DNA of 64,000 nucleotides. Origin: Octopus vulgaris. Taxonomy: Eukaryota. The notes beneath the pieces are model-generated. The model saw only the letters and a program-made list of their open reading frames with translations. It made no database searches and was not told the origin of the DNA. The stretch covers positions 16,988,001 to 17,052,000 of the forward strand of contig OX597834.1 of assembly GCA_951406725.2 (NCBI GenBank), in the 5' to 3' direction. This document shows, piece after piece, positions 31,065-43,000 of the stretch. Position numbers and translations under genes: made by a program. How positions within the stretch are numbered: the stretch's first letter is position 1; each line of letters begins with the position of its first letter.

Positions 31065-34000
31065 CTGGATATTATTATAAAAGATCAGACAAAAAGGATG
31101 TGTTTATTAATTGCCATTAGTATTCCCTGTGATCACAATATAGCGGCGAAAGAATTTGACAAGATTAGTAAATATAAAGACCTGCTAATAGAAATTGAAA
31201 AAATGTGGCATCTCAAGGCGACTACAGTACCAGTGATTGTAGGATCTCTAGGAATGATAAAAAAAGGTACTGAAACCTATTTGAAAATGATTCCAGGCTT
31301 ACCATCCCTACAGGAAGTGCAAAAAATCGTGTTAACTGGAATGGCTCATGTACTAAGAAGAGCACTATCGCTGTGAAAATAACATCCATCCATGAATTTA
31401 TTTATTTATTAATTTTTAAATACATATTTTATCTGTGAATTTGCACGTGAAATCTGGGAATGCATACAATAATGCCCTTCTCTGCCCTAGGTGTATAGAA
31501 AACACTCAGCGAGAAACGGAAGAAAATTTGAAGAAAGAAGGAAAAAATATAATAATAATAATAATATTCACTTACAAGAAATATTTAGAGCCACTTTCAA
31601 TTTGCATGATGGCTGCTTGGTTACCACATCGGTAGCAATAATTTGGAGCACTAAACACTGTCACTACATTGTTGTCATGACACATATTGTAACCCTGTGG
31701 AAGAGAATAAACTGCTTTTGTAATTTTTTTCCTATTTATTTTAACAATTATGTTTGTGTGTGTGTGTGAGAGAAAGAGAGAATAATTGATCAACCCTTAA
31801 ATGGTGGACGTTATCAACTGATGTTTCATTAAAGAAAAATTAAATAGTTTATTGACAAATAAATAATAAAGAGGTGAAATACAACCAGTGCATGTGTTTA
31901 TTATTGGCATAATGATCCTCCCAAAATATGACAAAATCTGTTTCAACACCCAAGTTCAACTCAAGAATCTTGTAAATCAATTACAGAAATTAAATGATTG
32001 ATATTAATCAAAATTTAAATAAAAAAAAGGCACAAGCTGGCTTCCCAACCATATGGTTCCAGGTTCAGTCCTATTGCATGGCACTTTGTGCAAGTGTCTT
32101 CTACTATAGCCTCAGGCTGACCAAAGCCTTGAGAGTTGGATTTGGTAGATGGAAACTGAAAGAAGCCTTGGGTGTATGTGTGCGCATGTGTCTTTGTGTC
32201 TGTGTTTGTCCCCCACTATTGCTCGACAACAGGTGCTAGTGTGTTTTTACGTCTCCATAACTTGGCAGCTCAGCAAAAGCGAATGATAGACTAAGTTGCA
32301 GGTTTTAAAAAAATAAGTATTGGGGTCGATTCATTCGACTAAAGAATTCTCCAAGGAGGTGCCCCAGCAAGGCTGCAATCTAATGACTGAAATAAGTAAG
32401 ACAAAAAAATGGCCCTTTAAAAATATCAAAATCCTCGCAAAAGTTCGAAAGGTTTCAGATTGGCACGTAAAAAGCACCATCCGAACGTGGCCGATGCCAG
32501 CGCTGCCTTGACTGGCTTCTGTGCCGGTGGCACGTAAAAAGCACCATCCGAATGTGGCCGATGCTAGCGCCACCTTGACTGGCTTCTGTGCCGGTGGCAC
32601 GTAAGAAGCACCAACTGATTGTGGCTGTTTTCCAGCCTCCTGTGGCCCCTGTGCAGGTGGCACGTAAAAAGCACCACTACACTTACGGAGTGGTTGGCGT
32701 TAGGAAGGGCATCCAGCCGTAGAAACATTGCCAGATCAGACTGGGCCTAGTGCAGCCTTCTGGCTTCCCAGATCCCCAGTTGAACCGTCAACCCATGCTA
32801 GCATGGAAAGCGGATGCTAAATGATGATGATGATTCTGCATGAATTAAGAGCAAACTATATAGAAACAAGGGAAATTATAATTACCTCCATGGCCAACTG
32901 GTGAGCACGAGATATAAGGGAAAGACCATTTGAGTAACAGAACAGTTCTGAAATACATTTGCCAAATGTGTAACCAAGGCCTCGCGGTGACAGGCTCCAA
33001 CCGTTGTGTGTACCGGGATCAGACCAAAGAAGATCACACATTGGACCCTGAAAAAGAATTTCTGTATATTTAGCTTCATGTTTACAGTGCATTATAGTTA
33101 GTTAGTCCACATTACTCTGTAAGGAGCAAAGAGCTATGACCATTTCATGCCAGTGGATGCAATCTTGGATTCCCTCCTTGATTTCAGACCAAGAGAGAGA
33201 AACCGTTTTCGTTTCATGCTCCATGCATCCTTTCCAGGTCTTCTTAGATTATCCAACTTCTCTCTTTCCCTCAGGTTGCCAGTCTAACCGTTGTTTTGCA
33301 ATTCTACTTGAAGGTCTCTTTAACCCTTTAGTGTTTGCATTATTCTGCCAAAATTAATGCTTTTTTATCCTAATTGTTTTGAACTAATCATGCATTATCT
33401 TGTAGTTATGAGATTTTAATGAGGTAGCTGTTAATTTTTAAAACGATATATGTAGGGTTGGTGTGAGAGACCAGATCTGGCCAGTTTGAACATAAAACAG
33501 GCAGAATACTTTTGGCCGGATATAGCCGGTTTAAATGCTAAAGGGTTAAAGCAGTGGTTCTCAACCAGTTTTTATCTATGAACCCCTTTGATCCCTATTT
33601 TACTCACATGGGCCTTCCCAGCCATTCCACGTAAAAAAAAAAGAATATATTTTATATTTTTATAATTAGATATTAAGAATTGTATAAATAAAAACTGTTG
33701 AGATATTTTGTTTATTGTAGAAGTGTAACCAATTTATTGCATATGAATTTTAACCACAAAATCTTATGTGGACCCCTAAGGGTTACATTGACTCTGGTTG
33801 AGAACCTATGCTTCAGAGCTTAACCACTCCAGTCCCGTTTCCTTTCCAGAATTTCTAGATTGATGGGTGTATGGTTCATTGTATCCCACAGTGAGTTGTA
33901 GAAAAAAAGAAGAAAAAAATGTGCAGATGTAGCAACGTGATTAAGACACTTGCTTCCCAAACATGTAGTTTCAAGTTCAATCCCACAGCATGGTACCATC

Positions 34001-37000
34001 TTCTAATATAGTCATGGGCCAAGCAAGCTATGTGAGTGGATTTGGTAGATGGAAACTGAAAAGGAAGCCCATCACATATGTAAGTGTGTGTACATGTGTG
34101 TGTTTGTATCTTTGTTTTTCTGCCACTGCCACCACCACCACCACCACCACCACCATCACCAGTCTTCCATATGAAACATATCTGGCTATCAAGAAATATC
34201 ACCTGGTTTCGAGCCAAGAAGAGCATCTGACTGTAGGAATTCTACCTCAATAGATTCTATCTAACCCATGCAGGCATGAGAAAGTGGATGTGATAATGAT
34301 GATGACTGAAAACAAGTAGTAATATATGTTATACATAAAGGAAGTGAGCTTAGCAGTATTCTGTCTGTATTTACGTATTGAATTCAAATTCTGCCAAGGT
34401 CAACTTTGCCTTTCATCCTTTTGGGATTGATAAAATAAGTACCAATTGAGTACTAGGGTTGATGTAATTGACTGGACCCTTCCCACAAAATTTCAGGCCT
34501 TGTGCTTATGGAAGAAAGGATCATTATTATTATTAAGTGATTGGCATCCAGTCATAAAAACCAAGCCAAAACTGACCTCGCCTGTGCTGGTTTCATGTAA
34601 AAACCACTCAGTCCACTCTGTGGGATGGTTGGTGTTAGGAAGGGCATCCAGCTGTAAAAACCATGTCAAAATAGACACAGACATCTGATGTAGTCTTCTG
34701 CCAGGCCAACTCCTGTTGACCTATACCAGCATGAAAAGCAGACATCAAATGATGATATTGAATGCTGTGAAGTGGTAGAATCGTTAGGAAGCCAGGTAAA
34801 ATTCTTGGTGGTATTTTGCTTGTCTTTAAGTTCTGAGTTCAAATTCTGCTAAGGTTGACTTTGCTTTTTATCCTTTAAGGGCCAATAAAATAAGTACCAA
34901 TTGAATACTGAGGTCAATGTAACTGACTTACCTACCCCCCCCCCCCCCGAAACTGCTAGCCAGTGCCAAAATTTGAAACCAATATAAATTTACACATACT
35001 TCATGTGGTATTTCCTGTTTTCTGAACAAGGTATTTATGTTGTCCAAGTTGTAAATTGAAGGGGATAATCCACCGTGTAAACAAAATATCTGTAAGGAAA
35101 AAAACAAGAGAGAAAGACTCAGAAAGTTTACAAGTGTTCAAAGATAATAAAGAAATACTGCAAGTCTTAGAAGAATGCACACAAGATCATAACAGCAACT
35201 GGATCTTTTCAGTTTGACTGACAGTTTTTTAAAATAATTTCCACGTAACTAAACACTTTTAAACTTCGTATACTGGTAGAATGTGTTAATAAAACATCAT
35301 TTTCTCTTGGCTTTATTGAGAAAATTCTATAGTTTGTAAGATATTTGTTGTTTTCTTTCTTCAATTTCTGCAATTTCAACCAATCAATGACGTCTATTGA
35401 GGTGAAAACATTCTGTGCCGTATGAATATGTCCCTCGTTTAAGAAACAGATTGGGTTTATTTACATTTCCGAAGAAAAAAAGATACCCTTCCCTCCACCC
35501 CTAACCCTAAAACAGATTGAAATGCCATAGATCGATACTAGGGTCATAATTATGGGTGACAATTTCATATGACACCACTAGAAAAAAATGCCGGTCAAAC
35601 TGAATAGATCCCATCAACTGCCACAGGTACCACTGGTGGTTCATTGTAAACTTCACACAGCTGCCATATGCATCCCTGGTGGTATATTTTCGTAATTTGA
35701 GAAAATATTTTATTCTGTATTTTCCCCCCCATAAAGCAGATCTTGGATCCTGTTCTTTGGCCAATAAAGAAAAAGTAAAATGATTCTTTATTAACTAGGT
35801 GAAGGCGTGGCTGTGTGGTAAGAAGCTTGCTTCCCAGCCACACGGTTCTGGGTTCAGTCCCACTGTGTGGCACCTTGGACAAGTAGCTTTTACTATAACC
35901 TCAGGCTGACCAAAGCCTTGTGAGTGGATTTGGTAGATGGAAACATGTATGTGTGTGTGTGTGTGTGTGTGTGTGCATGTCTTTGTGTCGTATTTGTCCC
36001 CTACCACTGCTTGACAACTGGTGTTGGTGTGTTTACGTCACTGTAACCTAGCAGTTTGACAAAAATGACTGACAGAATAAGTAACAAGCTTAACAAAAAT
36101 AAGTACTAGGGTCAATTCATTCGACTGAAAATTTTTCAAGGTGGTGCCCCAGCATGGCCACAGTCTAAAGACTGAAACAAGAACATGAGTGCTAAATATT
36201 AAAGTTTAACTAATAAAATATTGTAAAAATAACATTTCCTTTTAACTAAACAGTATGTAACGTGACTGCATCATCACTAAGTTTTGTTGGAAAGCAAAGG
36301 ATGAGGTCATCAGCAGTGTTCTACTCTGAGAACTCAAGCATGGGCATGCAAATATCAGTAGACCACAGGAATTACAACCGTGTTTCGTGGTCTGCTACCA
36401 CAACAGCTCCTTTATAGGATCCAGTTAGCTCAAGACATCATCAGGAGGAACCACGTCCGGTTTCGGCCCCTACTCCTCTACCATTTTGACGTGGCGGCCC
36501 CTACCCCTTTCGAAGGTGTCTTCAGCTCTGGTGTTGGGTGCATGTCTTCTTTCTTCTGTTCCCTGGCCTCTTCGATGTATCGTCAGCGAGTGTCAGCCGG
36601 TGACTGACTGTCTTATCAAATTTCTCCCTTTAAATACCTGCCGCATAGGTAAGCAACTATGCAAGGACTCTGAGTGCACCCGAGAAGACCTACAACATGC
36701 AATGACATGACTGGGAAGAACACACCACGGCAATCTGTAGAATAAGCATAACCAGATGATGATGAAAAAAAATTAGGTTTAACAAATCTCTAAGCAGTAC
36801 AAAAGCAATCTGCAAAGAAGCAAGAAAAAAACAAACTTACTTCTTCGTCTACTAATGCAGTTAGAGGAAGAAAATCAAAGAGATCTGTGAAAAACTTCCA
36901 AACATTAGCATTCCCATACTTCCTCAAACATTCATCATAAAATCCATAAACTTGGGTAATCTGTCTACTTTCATGATTTCCTCGAAGTATAGTTATTCTG

Positions 37001-40000
37001 TCTTTATATCTGACCTGTAGGAAGAGAAAAAAAGTTTAACAACATTTTTATGAATAAACAGGCATGGTTTTTATAGTTTTAAGTGGCAAAACCGGAGTAT
37101 TTGGGAACAAAAACACTGAAAATTTGATTTACAGCAAAATTGTTCACAAGTGTCAAAAAAAGAAACATATAAAAAAAAAGAGACAAAAAAAGAAACATCA
37201 AAAAGGAGACAAAAAGAAATATGAAATATTTCGCAGAACAATTTTGTTACATCTGAATTATTACTCACAATAAAGCTACAACCTGACAATATATTTCTCC
37301 ATTCTCATAGTAGTTTGTGGTCTTGTTTAACAACATTTCTATTAATATACAGATATGGCTTTAACAAGCACATTTTTTTTTTTTGCAGAATATTGGAAAT
37401 GAATTCAACTGATTGTCTGATGTTGAAGAAGATTAATGCATTCGAGCTTTGGTGTTGGAGAAGACTGTTACGGATTCCATGGACAGCCAGGCTCACCAAT
37501 GGAGAAGTTCTTAACCAGATCAAGCCGAAACTGTCGCTGGAAGCTAGGATCACCAAGCATAGATTGGCATATTTTGGTCATATTATGCGGAGAAAATCCC
37601 TGGAGAAGGACATCATGCTCGGAATGGTCAGTGGCAAGAGAGGAAGAGGCCAACCAAGAACCCGCTGGCTTGACACCATCAAGAGTGATACTGGAATGGA
37701 CATAGCCAGTCTGAAAGAAGCGGCCCAGGATAGAACTGAGTGGAGGACACTGATCCATCGAGTAACCGAGAGTCGACTTCGACTGAGCGGATAGATAAAT
37801 AGATAGTCTGATGTTGAAACTTGTCAATTCAAGGAGACACAAGCACACACGAATGGGTGCTAAAAAGTTCCTGGCTTTGAGTAAAAAAAAAATACAGGAA
37901 GCTCAGCTAATTATGATTTTATTCAATATATTTCTTTCTCGGATTCACTATTCACTTTTTCTAAGCCCTGTAAAAGCACTTGAAAGGTCAGGCCTCCAAC
38001 AGGCCTTTCACGATACCTTTAACACCAGGAACCTTTCAGCACCCCCTCATAAGTGTATGTATGTGTATGTTCATATCACCATCATCGTTTAACGTCCATT
38101 TTCCATGCTGGCATGGGTTGGACGGTTTGACTGGGGTCTGGGAAGCCAGGAGGCTGCACCAGGCCCCAATCTGATCTAGCAGTGTTTCTACAGCTGGATA
38201 CCCTTCCTAACGCCAACCACTCCAAGAGTGTAGTGGATGCTTTTTACGTGCCACCAGTACAGGAGCCAGAGGAGCTGGCATCGACTATGATCAGATGGTG
38301 CTTTTTATCATGGAAGCCAGTCAAAGCGGCACTGGTATCGGCCATGTGCTGATGGTGCTTTTTATGTACTACTGGCACGGGGTTCACAACCACAATTTCC
38401 ATTTGATTTGATTTTGATATTGATGCTGTTGTTGTTGTTAAGCAACAAGACGGGTAAGGGTGATTAAGTGATGGCCTAGGGCTTAGGGGTGGGAGACCCC
38501 AGACCTTGGGAAAAAAAAACTTTGGTTGTCTTGTTGTAGTCGAGGGTTCTTCGTTGACGCCCGACACCACTGGGAGGTGGCCCTCGAAGTCGCTGGAAAT
38601 GGAGATCTCCAGGTCCAAATTCTTGAACGGCTGCTGTTGATGTTCTTGACTCAATAGGTCTCCTCAAGCACATGTATGTATGCATGTATACACAAGAGGG
38701 TGTTGAAAAATTCCTATCTTTGGGTAAAAGAAAATACAGGAGGATCAGTTAATTATGACTTTATTGAATATATTTATATATTTCTCTCTCAGATTCACAC
38801 ACTTATTGCAGCAGTTCTTCAGTTTTTCTAAACCTTGTAAAAGAACTCAGAAGATTGGGCCACCAACCAGGTCTTTTGCAATACCCTTAAAGTCAGGAAC
38901 TTTTCAGCACCCCCTCATACATTCATGATTGCATTTTTTTTTTGTGTGACAAGATCGGGAGGAAGAGTAGCACGCCCTAAAGCGCTTATGTAAACTGATT
39001 CTTGAAGCTGCATGGCTTTCCTTCCTATCTGCACTTAGTTGTTCCGTATCTTTTATCTTTTACTTGAAGAGTTTTTAGTCAATCAAATCGACCCCAGTAT
39101 TAATTTTTTTAAAAGGCTGGTACTTATTTAATTGGTCTCTTTTGCCGAACCACTAAGTTATGGGGACATAAACACACCAGCACTGGTTGTCAAGTGGTGG
39201 TGAGTGACAAACACAGACACACATATACTCTCTTTTACTTGTTTCAGTCATTTGACTGCGGCCATGCTGGAGCACCGCCTTTAGTCGAGCAAATCGACCC
39301 CGGGACTTATTCTTTGTAAGCCCAGTACTTATTCTATCGGTCTCTTTTGCCGAACCGCTAAGTGACGGGGACATAAACACACCAGCATCGGTTGTCAAGC
39401 AATGCTAGGGAGACAAACACATACACACACATACATATATATCTCTTATTATAAAAGGCAGATTTTATCTGCCTCCCTTTGGGAGTTATACAAATCTACA
39501 ATATAGGATTTCTTCAATTACAATTTACCTTGCATTTTTAAGAGTACAATGCATCGCGTCATGCCAGGTCCAGTTTTTAAAATTTAAACTCCAGTTAAGC
39601 AAAATTTACAGAAAACTCACATTCTGGTGTGTGTGTCAAATGCTTTTCTTAGTCTGGTTTACAGCACACGCAAACGCACACACACAGTGGGCAACGAATA
39701 AAATGAAAGTAATTGACTTACTGTAGTGAGTGATTCTTTCACTCTGCCTCCCACTTCCTCTTTCAACACATAGACACGCAAATATATAAATAAAATTGTA
39801 AGCTAACGTGCGTGTGTGTGAGTGGGTGTGTGTGGGTGTGCACGTGTGTGTGTGTGTGAGGGTGCGTGTGTGTGTGTGTGTGTGTGCGTGAGTGTGTGAC
39901 AGGAAAGTTTTTTTACTACGAATATAACACCTATATCCAAGTAGCAGAAAGATAAGACAGTAAGGTGTGATTTGAGGGAGATTTGGCTGCTATTTCTACC

Positions 40001-43000
40001 ATGTCTAGCTGCCATGTAGGGGTCTCCCTCATAGGCTCATACATACATATATACATAGATAAGACAGTAAGGTGTGATTTGGGGGAAATTTGGCTGCTAT
40101 TTCTACCAGGTCTAGTTGCCATGTAGGGGTCTCCCTCATAGGCTCATACATACATATATACATAGATAAGACAGTAAGCTGTGATTTGGGGGAAATTTGG
40201 CTGCTATTTCTACCAGGTCTAGCTGCCATGTAGGGGTTTCCCTCATAGGCTCATACATACATATATACATAGATAAGACAGTAAGGTGTGATTTGGGGGA
40301 AATTTGGCTGCTATTTCTACCAGGTCTAGCTACCATGTAGAGGTCCCCCTCATTGGCTCATATATATATACATACATAAGACAGTAAGGTGTGATTTGAG
40401 GGAGATTTGGCTGCTGTTTCTACCAGGTCTGTTAGGCCTTCTCATGTAAACTCAAGCTTTCTCATGCCTTCAACATATGACCAAAGCAGAGAATGTATTC
40501 TTTTATTCTTCTGCTTTTCCAGCCATTGGTCTGTGGCCATGCTGGGGCAATGCCTTGAAGAATTGTAGTTTAATGAATCAACTCCAGTTTTATTTTTGTA
40601 AGCATTGTACTTATTCTATCTGTTTCCTTTGTCAAACCACTAGGTGACAGGGATGTAAACAAACCAACATTCGTTGTCAAGCAGTGGTGGAGGACAATCA
40701 CAAGCACAGACACGCACACACACACACACACATGCATACACATATACACACATACATACATATATATATATGTGTGTATATATATATTGCAGCGTGGAAG
40801 GTGTTTGTAAGCCATTTAAGAAACACACAAAAACCGTTACATTCACTTCAACATTTAAATTTAATTTGCCAAAATATTTTCGTCGCTTTCAGACCGCGAC
40901 CTGTTCACTGACAAAAATATCGTGCTAACAGGTCGCGGTCTCAAAGCGACGAAAATATTTTCACAAATTAAATTTAAATGTTGAAGTGAATCTAACGGTT
41001 TTTGTGTGTTTCTTAAATGGCTTATAAACACCTTCAACGCTGCAACTGTTTTCGTTCCAGCACACGATCTCAGATCAAGTCACTTGCTATGCAAGTACAT
41101 CTCTGTAACTATATATATATTTATATATATATATATATATATGTATATTGGTAAAAACAGTAAGATAACAAAAGAAAGAAAGAGACCTCAATATTATGTA
41201 AATAGAGGAAATCTTTATATATAAAAGTGAGGTTGTGTGTCTGTCTCCTACGATTTAGATTCCTAACTACTCCCACATTTTGCGGTGCAGTTTAACCAAA
41301 ACCGGGTATCTTATAGTCGTGATTCATATCGAGACCGTCTGGGTATTAGCGCGCGTCTACGATGAGTCTACGATTTAAAAAAAATTTACCATCAATTTTT
41401 CCCATTTTTAATCCATTTTTGACATATATAAGGGAAGTAACTCTCTAAAATTTATTATTAAATCTCAGAACGTAAAAAGCTACAGTAACACCCCTCCCCC
41501 TTTGTGGTTAGCCATATTGAGATGGCTATTATACTTTACATCTCTAAAAATGCTTATATAATTAATTCCCTTACAAACCCGAGCAACGCCGGGCGATACT
41601 GCTAGTAAATATATATATATATACATATATACGACGGGCTTCTTTCAGTTTCTGTCTACCAAATCCACTCAAGGCTTTGGTCGGCCCGAGGCTATAGTAG
41701 AAGACACTTGCCCAAGGTGCCACGCAGTGGGACTGAACCCAGAACCATGTGGTTGGTAAACAAGCTACTTACCACACAGCCACTCCTGGGGCTTCTTTCA
41801 GTTTCCATTTACCAAATCCACTCACAAGGCTTTGGTTGGCATGAAACTACCGTAGAAGACACTTACCCGAGGCGCCACACAGTGGAACTGAACCTGGAAC
41901 TATGTGGTTGGGAAGCAAACTTCTTACCACCCAGTCACACCTGCACCTATTAAGACGTACCTTTAAAGCAACAAGCAGTGTTATGGTTTCAACTGAATAG
42001 TATCCTCTGTCAACATAATCTCCCATGAAAAGGTAATTCGTGTCTGGGATTCGACCGCCAATGCTGAAAAGTTCCATCAAATCATGGAACTGGCCGTGAA
42101 TGTCCCCACATACTGTCACTGGGCATTTTACTTGCTGCACGTTAGATTCTTGGGATAAAATTTCTTGAGCCTACAAAAGAGAGATAAGTAAAAATGAACA
42201 AATTAATAAATAAACAGTCGACAAAGTTACCGAGGTGGCTTCGGATTACCTAAACTATAGCATCAATAAAAACTAAAAATATGAAGACAACTGTAACAAA
42301 CAATACTAAATAAACAATATTTATTAAACAAGTAACAACATGGCAAATAATTTATTCATTCATATATACATACATGTGATTGCATATATATATATATATA
42401 TGTAAAAAGTAAAAAATATATACAAACTGGGACAAGAACGTGAAACACCTAGAAGACGACACAAGAACCACAGGATGGGACATTCAAAGCCCTCAGTTAT
42501 CAGTCAAGAACCGGATCATCTTCGCAATTTCGGCTGATTAATCTTGAGATTGCTCCGACCTGGGCAGACACCAAGGGAAATCTAAGCCAAGCGCATTAGA
42601 TCCCTATATATATAACATATGGCATAATTATAAACAGGGCTAATTTTAGCCTTTTCTCTGCAGACTGAAAAAATAATAAACCTTAACTGATTTTCAAATC
42701 TTATTGGCTTCTCATCAGAGGTGTCCACATCATTCTGACAGTCTTCAGAGAAACAAGCAGCAAAAAGTTGAATGCCCATATGTCATCTTTAACGGAAGAA
42801 TCCGTCATATCTATATATACACATCATCATTTTCTTACATCTGTTTTCTCATGCTAGCATGGGTTGGATGGTTCTTTTCCAACACAGCATCTCACCATTT
42901 CTTGCATCTTTTTCTCCTTTTTTAAGATTCAACATTCTGAGATTACCGTTTCCAATTCAGCCTACATCTTCCGTGGTCCTTCCTCTTGCACAGCTTCTTT

